Shown here: positions 50,694 to 60,229 of the stretch, one piece after another
How the letters are laid out: the number at the start of each line of letters is the position of its first letter
Numbering within the stretch: position 1 is the stretch's first letter
IMG/VR virus record: IMGVR_UViG_3300010362_000015
Location: 1-64,000 of that record
Source of the DNA: a virus
Taxonomy: Duplodnaviria; Caudoviricetes
Length of the DNA stretch: 64,000 nucleotides
Strand: one strand, 5' to 3'
Translations under genes and position numbers: made by a program
The notes under the pieces: generated by a model
Database searches by the model: none
What the model was told of the DNA's origin: nothing
The model's input: the letters and a program-made list of their open reading frames with translations, nothing else

Positions 50694-51388
50694 TCGAGCG
50701 GCGGGTCGAGATTGAAGATCTCGTTGGAGACTTCGATGGCCACGTTGCGCTTGTGATGCGGCGGGATGTTGGGCAGCAGCGCCCTCATCTCAGCGGTCCC
50801 GGCCTTGCACAGATTGTGGTTGCCGTTCATCGAGGCAGCGGGAACGTTGAACACCGGCGCGTAGCCTTCAACCGACAGGATGATCGCGTCGTAGAACTGC
50901 ACCGGCACGTCGGGCGGGAAGCGCTGCTCCTCGACGTCATGCGGCAGCTGGCGCGTCTTGTAGAGATTGTCGCGGTAGGCCTGCAGCTCCGCGCGCGTGG
51001 GCATGCGCAGGCGATGCACGAGACGGCCCCCGATGCTCGCTACGGTGACCACGAACTCGTTGCCGTCCTGTTCGGTCGAGAGCGTCTCCTGCGCCAGGAT
51101 GCGGGTGAGCGCGTAGTCCACTTCCGCGGGGTCGAACTCCTCGCCCTTGTCGATGCGGATCTTCTGGAAGAGCTTGCGCTGCGACTCCTTGTTCTCGGCG
51201 TTCTGGCTCTCCGAGCGGCCCCGGCCCAGGCGGCGCGTGAGCAGGCGCACGGTCGAGACGTAGGCCGTGATCTCCTCCGACGTCGGCAGGCGCAGCACGG
51301 CGGTCTTGGGCGGATTCTGAATCACCACCGGAAAGCCGGGGATCTCCTCGCCCGTCTCCGTCTTGATCAGTGGCAGTTCACCGTACAT
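50681..51388 (-). CDS. Tail assembly chaperone G
   Basis: Lies between the tail tube and tape measure genes; slippery site just before its stop. Confidence 0.75.
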   Translation of the reverse strand: MYGELPLIKTETGEEIPGFPVVIQNPPKTAVLRLPTSEEITAYVSTVRLLTRRLGRGRSESQNAENKESQRKLFQKIRIDKGEEFDPAEVDYALTRILAQETLSTEQDGNEFVVTVASIGGRLVHRLRMPTRAELQAYRDNLYKTRQLPHDVEEQRFPPDVPVQFYDAIILSVEGYAPVFNVPAASMNGNHNLCKAGTAEMRALLPNIPPHHKRNVAIEVSNEIFNLDPPLDPNL

Positions 51389-51389
51389 A

Positions 51390-51647
51390 TCAGTCCACCG
51401 GCGCGATCAGGCCGCGGTTGAAGTCCCGCTCCAGCAGGTCGGGCCGGGAGTACAAGGTCGCAGTTGCGGCGTCGTAGGGAATGGTCGCGCCCTTGGCGTA
51501 AGTCGCACCGGCATAGTTGTAGTTGTCGCGCCGCGGCGCATACTGCTGCGTGCCGTTGACCTCGAAGCAGCGGTATTGCGCGGGCGTAAGGGTTTTGATA
51601 AATCGGCGGATGCCGACGTTAACCTTGCTAAAAGCCCCTGCGGGCAT
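51390..51647 (-). CDS. Small hypothetical tail-region protein
   Basis: GAGGAGG SD, MPAGAFS start. Confidence 0.6.
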   Translation of the reverse strand: MPAGAFSKVNVGIRRFIKTLTPAQYRCFEVNGTQQYAPRRDNYNYAGATYAKGATIPYDAATATLYSRPDLLERDFNRGLIAPVD

Positions 51648-51661
51648 GTGGGCCTCCTCGC

Positions 51662-52669
51662 CTATTGTGCAATGCCTGCGATCCCGCAGGCCGCGGTGAC
51701 CTTCAGGACGCCGTTGACCGGATCGCTCTTGCACGCCACGTTGACCGTCACGCTGACGATGCCGTCCTGCTCACCATTGACCACAGTCTCGTACTGAACC
51801 GACTCGAATAAGAAATTCACATAGTGGGTCGCATCGAAGGTGGCGTTGATGGCGGCTGTGCCGGTGGTTCCGGCGAGCAGCTTCGTATATTCGTCGCTGT
51901 TCTTCAGCAGGCGCGCGGTGAACGTCAGCGACGCAGCGCGCGGGCCGTATTCCAGGCGCCCGCGGATGGCCGCGCCGTTCTGCACGCCCGAGCCGGGATA
52001 GAAGCCGGGGCCGACCAATAAGTTGTTCTTCCAGCCGATGGAGCCCGAGAGCAGCGTCTTGGCAGCGATGTAGTCCTTGCCGTTGATGTTGATGGTCATC
52101 CCGGCAGACAACATGTAGTGCTCGGCCACTACCGGCGGGATCGTCACGCCCGAGGGCGTGGTCATCTTTCCCGAGCCGACCCAGTTGACCGTGACGCGCC
52201 CCGATTGGCGGCCCGGCCCGTAATTGAACTCGTACAGAAAGTCTTCGATGGCGCATCCCAGGAAGGCGTTGTCGAGCGCCATGCCGCCGCCTTCGCAGAC
52301 CTGCTCGGCTACAGTGAAGTACGGCAGCTCCAGACCGTTGAGGCAGGGATCGAGCGGCACGATGGTGTAGACGCCGGTGGCTTCGGTGACGCCGCCCAGG
52401 CCGAAGCACAGCGCCCAGGTCATGAACTCCGCGCTCGAATATTTGTCGATGCGGGCCGCGGGATTCCAGCTCACCGGAAAGACGCCCGAGGCCGAAATGA
52501 ATTCATCGCCCTTGCCGATCTCACCGGCGTCGTTCTCGGTCATGAAGCCGGTCGGCGCAAGCTCCGCATTCAATTGCCTAAAACGTAAGAAGGTGGTTGC
52601 GGCAGTGGCGATGTCGGTCTGCTTGCCCTTGCTCAGGCCGAGGATTTTATTCTGTATGCGTGTTGCCAT
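51662..52669 (-). CDS. Major tail tube protein
   Basis: 335 aa, beta-rich, canonical position after the terminator protein; GGGAGGA SD. Confidence 0.8.
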   Translation of the reverse strand: MATRIQNKILGLSKGKQTDIATAATTFLRFRQLNAELAPTGFMTENDAGEIGKGDEFISASGVFPVSWNPAARIDKYSSAEFMTWALCFGLGGVTEATGVYTIVPLDPCLNGLELPYFTVAEQVCEGGGMALDNAFLGCAIEDFLYEFNYGPGRQSGRVTVNWVGSGKMTTPSGVTIPPVVAEHYMLSAGMTININGKDYIAAKTLLSGSIGWKNNLLVGPGFYPGSGVQNGAAIRGRLEYGPRAASLTFTARLLKNSDEYTKLLAGTTGTAAINATFDATHYVNFLFESVQYETVVNGEQDGIVSVTVNVACKSDPVNGVLKVTAACGIAGIAQ

Positions 52670-52683
52670 AACTCCTCCCTCCG

Positions 52684-53223
52684 TTAATCAGGGCAGAGCA
52701 GATCCACGCCGGGCGGGCCGACGTCGCCTTTCTCTGCGAACACCATCATTGAGGACCAGAGATCCTGCCCCATCTCGTCGGTGCGGGGCATGCCGGTCGG
52801 CAGATCCATGAGCTGCAGATTGCCGTCGCACAGCTCGATGTAGCGGATGTTGTTGGCGGGCTCCGGCACGCTGATGGGATAGTTCATAGCCATCCACCAG
52901 AGATCGGCGGCGCTCAGCGAGCTGTGATTGGTGACGACGTCGGTGGCCTTGTTCCGGCTGCGCACATAGCAGCCGATCTGATGTTTCCAGACCGTCTGGC
53001 CGTCGAAGTTGCCGCCCAGGTAAGCCAGATAGCCGAGCAGGATACTCGGCTGCCGCATGGTCGCCAGATCCTTGGCCAGTGCGTTCTCCTCGCCCGAGTA
53101 GTAGTAGTGACCGTAGATCGTCTGAGTCGCCGGAACCGCCGGGCCGCCCAGCTCGGCGACCAGCTGCGGGATCGAGCGCAGCGATTCGAGGATCGCATCC
53201 AGCACTACGGTGGGTTGCAGCAT
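52684..53223 (-). CDS. Tail terminator protein (gpU-like)
   Basis: Position; P.ILLGY..W..QI..YVR pattern. Confidence 0.6.
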   Translation of the reverse strand: MLQPTVVLDAILESLRSIPQLVAELGGPAVPATQTIYGHYYYSGEENALAKDLATMRQPSILLGYLAYLGGNFDGQTVWKHQIGCYVRSRNKATDVVTNHSSLSAADLWWMAMNYPISVPEPANNIRYIELCDGNLQLMDLPTGMPRTDEMGQDLWSSMMVFAEKGDVGPPGVDLLCPD

Positions 53224-53226
53224 GAC

Positions 53227-53580
53227 TCATTGGCCGTATGGCAGCTCCCGGCGGCGCATGCGCAGGTGCAGGCCTCCCACGCGGTCGCCATCCGACTGCA
53301 CGATGTCGTAGTCCACGCCTCCGTAGGTCGCCGTATCGCCGCGCACTCCCATCAGGCCCTGACTCGCGGGGATGAAGAGGAGCAGCATGCCGGTCCCCTG
53401 CGGCGAGCCGGGCACGTAGTCTTCTTCCATGAACGGGTTCTTGACCACGCAGTGCGCCGATATATCGAGCGAACCATCGTTGAAATGGATGGTCACCGGC
53501 AACACGTCGCCGCCCTCGTACTTCTCGAAGGTGGCGGTGACGATGTCGTCGGCGATGGCCATGAGCGAATCGAAGTCCAT
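53227..53580 (-). CDS. Head-tail joining protein (gpFII-like)
   Basis: GDTATYGGVDYDIV..DG..G..L.M beta-barrel motif; GAGGAG SD. Confidence 0.7.
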   Translation of the reverse strand: MDFDSLMAIADDIVTATFEKYEGGDVLPVTIHFNDGSLDISAHCVVKNPFMEEDYVPGSPQGTGMLLLFIPASQGLMGVRGDTATYGGVDYDIVQSDGDRVGGLHLRMRRRELPYGQ

Positions 53581-53587
53581 GGGCTCC

Positions 53588-53953
53588 TCAACGCTTGCGC
53601 GGCTTCGGCCTGGGCGAGTCCTCTTCGCCCACCTCGACCGCGGGCAGATCGGCCACGATGCAGGCCGCCACCGGGGTGATGGGCGCGACGGGCGGCTCCA
53701 GGCCCTGCATGCGCGCGAAGCGCTCGCGATAGTACTGCCGCGTGTTGGGCTGCGGATCGACCGGCTCCAGCAGCCGCTGCTCATAGAACTGCCGCAGGCG
53801 CATGCGGCGGATCGCAGGCGCGAACAACTCGGGATCGAGCGTCTCGCCGACTTCCACCGTGACGCCCCCTACCACCAGCGCACGGCGGGCCACCTTCAGC
53901 GGCGGTACGCCGTTGCGCGTGAGCAAGGTCCAGGGTGTGAGATTGCGGATCAT
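53588..53953 (-). CDS. Hypothetical head-region protein
   Basis: Position equivalent to lambda FI. Confidence 0.6.
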   Translation of the reverse strand: MIRNLTPWTLLTRNGVPPLKVARRALVVGGVTVEVGETLDPELFAPAIRRMRLRQFYEQRLLEPVDPQPNTRQYYRERFARMQGLEPPVAPITPVAACIVADLPAVEVGEEDSPRPKPRKR

Positions 53954-54237
53954 GGCGTGGCAGGCGGCGGCGTGGTCGCGGGCGCCGCGGTTGCGGGCGG
54001 TGCAGCGGCGGCCGCCTTCATGGCCGCCTTCTGTTCGGTCATGAATTCGTCTACGGCGCGCTTGCAGTCGCCGGTCACGTAGTGCTCGCGCAGATAGCCG
54101 CTCATGATGTCATACAGGCATTCGGCCTTCACGCCCGGGTCGAGCGGCGGCTCGGCTGGCGGCGTGGTGGCCGTCGTCGTAGGACTGGCGGGCGGTTGCG
54201 GCGTCGCCGTGGGATCGGGTGTCGGTGTAGTCGCCAT
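53950..54237 (-). CDS. Pro/Thr-rich small head-region protein
   Basis: Central YLREHYVTG motif shared with the upstream gene. Confidence 0.6.
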   Translation of the reverse strand: MATTPTPDPTATPQPPASPTTTATTPPAEPPLDPGVKAECLYDIMSGYLREHYVTGDCKRAVDEFMTEQKAAMKAAAAAPPATAAPATTPPPATP

Positions 54238-54240
54238 GTA

Positions 54241-54957
54241 TCAGGCCCCTTTCACACTTAAGATCACAGAGCCGGTACGCAGGCTCTGGTTGATTTTGTA
54301 AATGAACTGCAAGCAGACATCCTTCTCGGGCCCTGTGACCAGATGCTCGCGGACATACGTATTGACGGCTTCGCGCAGCGTGATGGCTTTGAAGTCCGAG
54401 GGCATTACGGTGAAGATCGCCGCGCCGGTTGCGACCTCGTTATCGGTTGTCACGATCACGTCCGACACGCCCATCTGGGCGGCTGCATCGATGGTCAGGG
54501 TGGCCGAGAGATGGGTGGCGTCGATCAGCGTGATGTTAGACGCGGCGATTCCCGTGGAGCTGAATGTTATCGCCGACGTCGCCTTGAAGTTGGTGTTCTG
54601 CCCGGTGATCTCCACGTCTACCGTATCGCCCTGTGGCCCGCTGGCCGGAGCCACCGAAGCGAGCGCCGCGACCGGCTTTGCGCGAACCACTACGTGGAAC
54701 TGTCCAGCGCCGATTGCGACCTCGGCCCCGGTGGTCACCGTGACGTCGGATGCATCGAGCTGCGCCGCGGCGTCGATGGTGAGCGTGGCAGTCAGGTGCG
54801 TCGCGTCTACGAAAGCCACGTTACTGACGGCTATGCCCGTGTGGCTGAACGTGACCGTCGAAGTCGCGTCGAAAGTCGTCCCCGACCCGACGATCTCGAC
54901 GTTCAGCGAGTCGCCTTGCGAGGCGCTCGCCGGAGTCACGCTGGAGATCGATGCCAT
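54241..54957 (-). CDS. Tandem IPT/TIG (Ig-like) domain decoration protein
   Basis: Two repeats S.V.PAS..QGD...V.I.G..T.F..DATHL.ATLTIDAAAQ. Confidence 0.8.
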   Translation of the reverse strand: MASISSVTPASASQGDSLNVEIVGSGTTFDATSTVTFSHTGIAVSNVAFVDATHLTATLTIDAAAQLDASDVTVTTGAEVAIGAGQFHVVVRAKPVAALASVAPASGPQGDTVDVEITGQNTNFKATSAITFSSTGIAASNITLIDATHLSATLTIDAAAQMGVSDVIVTTDNEVATGAAIFTVMPSDFKAITLREAVNTYVREHLVTGPEKDVCLQFIYKINQSLRTGSVILSVKGA

Positions 54958-54965
54958 TGCTGCGC

Positions 54966-56045
54966 CTAGATGCAGTTCTGCAGGAATCCGCCCATGTCCG
55001 CGGAGATCACCTTGTGGACGTAGGCCGATTCGATTTCGACGTGCGTCGAGCGGTCGGGCTGGAAGTAGTAGGAGCTGATCCGCTCGCCCGCCTGCGTTGC
55101 GCCGAAGTAGCCCGACCATGCGAAGGTATAGCCGCAGGCCGGAGTGTTGAGGCCCGGCCGATCCGGGGTAAAGCCGATCCAAACGTGCGGGCCGGTCATG
55201 AAGGCGTTGGACTCACCGGCGTTGATCCCCGCGTTGTAAGTGGGCGGCGCATAGGCCGCGCCCGAATCGACGCCCGCGGCTTCAGCGGCGGTATTGTAGA
55301 TCGCCTCACTGACATGCACGCGATCCATTTCGAAGATCGCCGCGAGTACATCGAGCGTGACCTGGGCGGGCTTGGATGCAGTCTGCCCGTACTTCACGCG
55401 ATCCAGAAAGTCGGGATGATCGAGCAGCGCGTCGAACACCGGCCTGCCGATCACCATGCGATTCGGCCTGAAGGTGCAAGTCATCTGCACGATACGCTTA
55501 AGGGTGCGGATGTCCTGAATGGGATTGGAGTTCGGATCACTCCATTTCATGAAGGTGTAACTGCTGGCCGTCGAGGTCGCCGGTGCGCTCGGATAGGGTG
55601 GAACCGCCGCGGCCGCGCCCGACCACATATTCGACCAGACGCCCGGCTGGAAGAACGCCGCCATCCAGTTGTACTCGCGGTTGATGAGCGAGGCCGTGGT
55701 GAGCAGCTGCGTGGCTTCCATGTCGAGGTTGAAGACGCTGTCGGCGTTGCCGCGCACCTGATCGTCAATCGTCCTGCCGAGCGCCCAGACGTCGCATAGG
55801 TAATTGGGCACGGTATCGACGCGATAGCCTGCCGTCTTCACCAGCGTGCCGGGGGCGCGCTTCTGCATCAGGTTGCGGTTGAAGTCTGCGCGCGAGAAGA
55901 CCGTGTACCGGTCGGAGATCTTCGCCACCGGAACGATGGGAAACACGTCGCGGGCGATGAATCCCGCTGCGTCCTGCGCGTACATCGCGCTCATGTCGGT
56001 GAGCAGCGCATTGACGTGAACGTCACTCATTGTGGGTTGAGCCAT
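54966..56045 (-). CDS. Major capsid protein
   Basis: 359 aa after the cement gene; FIARDVFPIVPV, KWSD.NSNPIQDI, PNRMVIG. Confidence 0.85.
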   Translation of the reverse strand: MAQPTMSDVHVNALLTDMSAMYAQDAAGFIARDVFPIVPVAKISDRYTVFSRADFNRNLMQKRAPGTLVKTAGYRVDTVPNYLCDVWALGRTIDDQVRGNADSVFNLDMEATQLLTTASLINREYNWMAAFFQPGVWSNMWSGAAAAVPPYPSAPATSTASSYTFMKWSDPNSNPIQDIRTLKRIVQMTCTFRPNRMVIGRPVFDALLDHPDFLDRVKYGQTASKPAQVTLDVLAAIFEMDRVHVSEAIYNTAAEAAGVDSGAAYAPPTYNAGINAGESNAFMTGPHVWIGFTPDRPGLNTPACGYTFAWSGYFGATQAGERISSYYFQPDRSTHVEIESAYVHKVISADMGGFLQNCI

Positions 56046-56055
56046 AGTCGTTCTC

Positions 56056-56454
56056 CTAGAAGGCTGCGTTGCCCGGCAGCAGCATGGCGCTGATGATCAT
56101 GACCTGGGCTGTTGACGCCAGCGGTTCCATGGCCTGAGCCACAGCCGTCCCGGCGCCGTGCGGAAGCAGCGTGCCGCCCGTGTCCACGTCGAGCAGCCCA
56201 CCGGCCGCGACCACCTGCGAGGCCGAGATGGCCACCTTGGTGGTGCCCGAGCGCTGGATGGTGGCGGCCTGCCCACTCAGCGGATTGTTCTGTAAGACGC
56301 CCGCGCAGGCCTTGCCCGCGGCTGCGACGGCGGCCTTCACGCCCGGCGGATTGGCGGCGTCCGCAACGAGACTCACGGCGTAGAACTGCTTGCCGCTGAA
56401 GTCGGCGCCAGCGGGCGCGCTCACGGTATTGAGTAGTCCCTCGTTATAAGCCAT
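56056..56454 (-). CDS. Capsid cement / decoration protein (DUF2190-like)
   Basis: A.ADFSGKQFYAV..GVLQN.P..G.AA..GT.KV..A. Confidence 0.8.
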   Translation of the reverse strand: MAYNEGLLNTVSAPAGADFSGKQFYAVSLVADAANPPGVKAAVAAAGKACAGVLQNNPLSGQAATIQRSGTTKVAISASQVVAAGGLLDVDTGGTLLPHGAGTAVAQAMEPLASTAQVMIISAMLLPGNAAF

Positions 56455-56477
56455 TCAATCCTCCTTCCTCTCGCGCC

Positions 56478-57149
56478 TCACATCGACCGGCGCACCGGCA
56501 CGTCTTCCATGGCGGTGCTCAAGCCGAGGTTCTGCAGATAGCGCCGCTGGCTGTTGAGCACAAACTCGGTCAGCACCGGCCCGCGGCCCGACGGCGACCG
56601 CGCGATGGCCTCGTCGCGTTCGGCGTTGTAGCCCTCGTAGATCTCCGGGTTCGCGCGCAGGATGCGCTCCATGGCCTGCGACTGCGAGAGCTGGCCGCCG
56701 GAATTGGCGGCCATGGTCCGCGCCTGCTGAATGGCCTGATCGACCGTGGAGCGCGCCCTGCCCACTCCCGTATCACCCGAGACGAAAGACCGAACGGAAT
56801 TTTCCGCCGACATTTTCGCGCGCCGGTCGCGCAGGAACTTGCGGACCTGGGCCACGCTATATCCCTTCAAGATGTACTTGCCGGTGAGCTGCTCCATACC
56901 GGCGATCTCGCACAGCTCGGCGATCATCTGGGCCCGGGCTTCGGCGGCCACCGGCAGCTCGGTGACGTTGCCGCACTTGCCTTCGGCGTCGTCCTCGTCC
57001 TTGGCGGCCTTCTTGGTTTTCTTGTCGTCACCGGCCTGCTTGTCGTCCTGCTCTTCCTCTTCTTCTTCCTCGTCGTCCTTCGGTTCGGCGGCGAGCACGG
57101 CTTTGGTGTCGTCCTTTTCAGCCTTCTTCTCCTCGGCTTCCTTGGGCAT
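56478..57149 (-). CDS. Nested scaffold protein (Nu3-like internal start)
   Basis: In-frame ATG at 57149 preceded by AAGGAGGAATCC. Confidence 0.65.
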   Translation of the reverse strand: MPKEAEEKKAEKDDTKAVLAAEPKDDEEEEEEEQDDKQAGDDKKTKKAAKDEDDAEGKCGNVTELPVAAEARAQMIAELCEIAGMEQLTGKYILKGYSVAQVRKFLRDRRAKMSAENSVRSFVSGDTGVGRARSTVDQAIQQARTMAANSGGQLSQSQAMERILRANPEIYEGYNAERDEAIARSPSGRGPVLTEFVLNSQRRYLQNLGLSTAMEDVPVRRSM

Positions 57150-58121
57150 GGATTCCTCCTTCGCTGGGGTTTCGGCGCTCGCGCCGGGATTGAAATTGAG
57201 CTGAGGCTTGGTCACCTTGCGGGTCAGCTCAGCCAAGACTTCCTCGCAGGTGGCGACCTCGTCGGCCAGCAGGCCGAGAGCTTGATCGCCGTACTTGACG
57301 ATGGCTTCGGTGTCGCGGATCTGCGCCGGAGTCGCGCCGCGGTTGCGCGCCACGCAGGCGACGAACATCTCGTACTCGCGGTCCACCTCGGCCTGGATAT
57401 CCTTGCGCGCGCCCTTCGACAGCGGCTCGTGCGGGTTGCCGTCGATCTTCTTGCCGCCCGCGTACAGATACGTGAACTTCAGGCCCGCGGCCTCGTCGCT
57501 CGCCGACTGATCGACGTGCAGCGCGAACACTCCGATGCTGCCGACGCCGCCGGTGCGCGTCACGTACACCCGGTCGGCTGCGCTGGCCAGAGCGTAGGCC
57601 GCACTCGCAGCCAGATCGTTGGCGCAGGCCCACATGGGCTTGTCGCCCGACCGGCGCATCTGGAAGAGCGAGTCGGCCAGCTCGAAGCAGCCGTGCGTGG
57701 TGCCGCCCGGCGAATCCACATCGAGCAGCAGCGCCTTCACCTGGGGATCTTCGAGCGCCGCCGTACTCGCCCGCCTGACGCCCTCATAGGTGCTCAGGCC
57801 GGAGTACGCAGCCAGCCAGGAGTAGCGCTTCATGAGTGTGCCGCGGATAGGAATTACCGCCACACCTTCGGGCGTCAGCTTGTACGGTTTGGCCGCAGCG
57901 TCGTCGTCATCATCCATCTGCGCCTGGATGCGCGCCGCATGATCCGCCGGATGCGCCCCTGACTGCAGGGCTCCGCTGTCGATCAGATCGCACAGCGCAG
58001 CCTCATCCAAACCCAGCCGCGGGCCCACCGCACGCAGTATGACTTCTAATTTTTCGGGGAAGATGGCCAGCGGGGTATTAAACACCAGAGATGCGACATG
58101 AATTAGCGGACTCTTTGCCAT
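56478..58121 (-). CDS. S49 prohead protease with C-terminal scaffold
   Basis: GVAVIPIRGTL, LLDVDSPGG, AASAAY..ASAAD, GSIGV, K.DGNP. Confidence 0.92.
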   Translation of the reverse strand: MAKSPLIHVASLVFNTPLAIFPEKLEVILRAVGPRLGLDEAALCDLIDSGALQSGAHPADHAARIQAQMDDDDDAAAKPYKLTPEGVAVIPIRGTLMKRYSWLAAYSGLSTYEGVRRASTAALEDPQVKALLLDVDSPGGTTHGCFELADSLFQMRRSGDKPMWACANDLAASAAYALASAADRVYVTRTGGVGSIGVFALHVDQSASDEAAGLKFTYLYAGGKKIDGNPHEPLSKGARKDIQAEVDREYEMFVACVARNRGATPAQIRDTEAIVKYGDQALGLLADEVATCEEVLAELTRKVTKPQLNFNPGASAETPAKEESMPKEAEEKKAEKDDTKAVLAAEPKDDEEEEEEEQDDKQAGDDKKTKKAAKDEDDAEGKCGNVTELPVAAEARAQMIAELCEIAGMEQLTGKYILKGYSVAQVRKFLRDRRAKMSAENSVRSFVSGDTGVGRARSTVDQAIQQARTMAANSGGQLSQSQAMERILRANPEIYEGYNAERDEAIARSPSGRGPVLTEFVLNSQRRYLQNLGLSTAMEDVPVRRSM

Positions 58122-58199
58122 TTCGGAGCCACACTACGCGGCATCATAGCAGGTTTGTTTTGAAAAACTAACAACTTCTTTCGGCGCAGTTAGTTAATC

Positions 58200-58218
58200 G
58201 GGTATATAATAGATACCC
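58200..58218 (+). promoter_or_regulatory. TATAAT -10 flanked by GGGTAT/ATACCC dyad
   Basis: GGGTAT-ATAATAG-ATACCC upstream of the HTH gene. Confidence 0.6.
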
Positions 58219-58248
58219 AGAAGTTATGAGCAGTAATGAGATGTAACT

Positions 58249-58539
58249 ATGTCACTTACTGAGAAAGCCAAGAGTAATACCCGCACCAGACCGAGCCAAC
58301 GCGGCCTCGGGCCGGAGGGCGGCGCATGGAGCATTCAGCAGGCGGCGGCGTGGTGCGGGATCGGCGAGCACAACCTGCGGCGGATGGTGCAGGCCCGGCA
58401 GGTGCCGTGCGCGTTCTTCATCGGTCGGAGGATTTTGCTGCCGCGCGAGGGATTCAAGGCTTGGTTCAACGGCGGCGGCGTGGCGCCGCGGAATGCTCCG
58501 CGTAAGCCGGTGGGACGTTCGGTTACCCGGCCTTCTTGA
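58249..58539 (+). CDS. Excisionase-like (MerR/HTH_17) DNA-binding protein
   Basis: WSIQQAAAWCGIGEHNLRRMVQARQVP..IGRRILLPREGF.AW. Confidence 0.8.
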   Translation: MSLTEKAKSNTRTRPSQRGLGPEGGAWSIQQAAAWCGIGEHNLRRMVQARQVPCAFFIGRRILLPREGFKAWFNGGGVAPRNAPRKPVGRSVTRPS

Positions 58540-60229
58540 AGCCCGGTGCGGGGCCGTCTTCGGCGTCCTGCTGCTCTTCGTCTTCGACTGCCTCGGGCGG
58601 CCCCTCTTCGGCCACTTGGGGATTGGCTTCTTTGCCCACCAGAATCTTGCGCGGGTCGGAGTCGTACACCAGACCGGCAGCGTCGGCGCGCTCGTTGTCG
58701 CGCACCTGCTGCGCATCGATCTGGCTCGCGTCCTCGCCGGTTTCGGCGCACACGGCTTCACGCGATGTGAACCCGCAGCGCACCGCAGTCATCTTGGCTT
58801 CCACGTCCTTGGTGGGATCGAGCCACGCCCAGCCGGATGCGTTCCATTGAACATCGAGATACTTCTCGGGCTCCTGCGCGTAGCCCGGCAGCACCAGCCG
58901 ACCGCTGAGCACGGCCTCGTCCATCCACCATCGCAGGATCGGCTCGCAGAACTGCGTGACCAGCACATTGAAAATGAACTGCTCGCACTTGCGGTGCGCG
59001 TCCTGCACGCCCGAGCGGATCGAGGAGAGGTTGACGCCGCGGAGATCGCCGGTGATCTGCTCGTAGGTCGCGCCGATGCCGACCGCGAACTGGTGCAGCA
59101 TGGTGCTCATGAAGGTCCCGAGATCGTTGTTCTGCGGCAGGTTCGGAAACGTGATGTCCTCGCCGGGATACAGCTCGTTGAGCGAGCCCGGCTCGATGTG
59201 CGCGTTGCGGATGCCCGGCTGCGGGTAGCCGATGGCCGAAATATTCTGCGGCACGTTGGAGGGCAGGTCGGTGGGGATGATGTCCGACTCGGGCACCATC
59301 TTCTTGACGAAGCCCGCGAACATGGCTTGCACCTGACGCGCGACCACGGTGGCGTCGGTGTATTTGGCCAGCTCGTGCAAGAGCACCAGCACAACCGACA
59401 GATGCGGCTGCCCGCGCAGCAGGCCTGCGCGATAGGGCTTGTAGCAGTGGAGCATGTGATCCGAGGTAATGCGGATGAACCGCAGCGGCGAGCTGCTGGC
59501 AAAAAACATCGTTTCGCCGGGGTGCTCCTCGAACATGTGGAAGGCGGCCAGCCGCCCGTCCTTGTCGAACTCCTTGCCGGTGCGCACCACCGATCCCGCG
59601 GGCACCGTGGTCGAGCCTGAGCCTACCGCGGTGATGTTCAGCCAGATCGGGACCTGCTCGCTCTCGATCAATTGGAACTGGATAGGCACGCGCATGGGCC
59701 GCTTGAGGTTGGGGTTGGGCGACCATTTGTCGGGCCGCAGATGGCGACGGACGAACACTTCGCCGCCCTCGAAGATCTCGCGCGCGGCCAGCGCCTGCAG
59801 GCCGTAGAAGTCGCACAGCCCGGCCTGATCGATCTCGTTGGAGGTGGCCGACAGCGCGAACTCCGTCTCGATCTTGAGCTTCTGCTCATCGGGCAGGTTG
59901 CGCCATTTGGGCTTCACGCCGTTGCCGACGATCTGACTCTCGAAGTTATCTACGGCGCTCGCGGCCAGCGGGTTGTTCCTGATCTCATCGTGGCAGCGCG
60001 CCAGCATGAGATCGCGCGTGGCCCACAGCGACGTGGTCGGCCCCAGGCGAGTGGGATTCCAGGCGCCCAACCGGCGGCCCGTCTGGGAGGCGTCGTAGGG
60101 CGCCCCCGAGGCGCTGTAGCCGGTGTAGCTGCCGGGGAAGGTGGTGCCGTTGTCGGCCCGGCGCTGGACGACGCCCGGGGTCGAGCCCGATGGGTTGTGC
60201 AGGCGCGCGATGCTGCGTGAGGAAGCCAT
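58523..60229 (-). CDS. Portal protein, lambda family
   Basis: RCHDEIRNNPLA, FEGGEVF, QLIESEQV, H.Y...R.G..RG.P, YEQITGDL..VN.SS.R, W.W.DP.K. Confidence 0.95.
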   Translation of the reverse strand: MASSRSIARLHNPSGSTPGVVQRRADNGTTFPGSYTGYSASGAPYDASQTGRRLGAWNPTRLGPTTSLWATRDLMLARCHDEIRNNPLAASAVDNFESQIVGNGVKPKWRNLPDEQKLKIETEFALSATSNEIDQAGLCDFYGLQALAAREIFEGGEVFVRRHLRPDKWSPNPNLKRPMRVPIQFQLIESEQVPIWLNITAVGSGSTTVPAGSVVRTGKEFDKDGRLAAFHMFEEHPGETMFFASSSPLRFIRITSDHMLHCYKPYRAGLLRGQPHLSVVLVLLHELAKYTDATVVARQVQAMFAGFVKKMVPESDIIPTDLPSNVPQNISAIGYPQPGIRNAHIEPGSLNELYPGEDITFPNLPQNNDLGTFMSTMLHQFAVGIGATYEQITGDLRGVNLSSIRSGVQDAHRKCEQFIFNVLVTQFCEPILRWWMDEAVLSGRLVLPGYAQEPEKYLDVQWNASGWAWLDPTKDVEAKMTAVRCGFTSREAVCAETGEDASQIDAQQVRDNERADAAGLVYDSDPRKILVGKEANPQVAEEGPPEAVEDEEQQDAEDGPAPGFKKAG

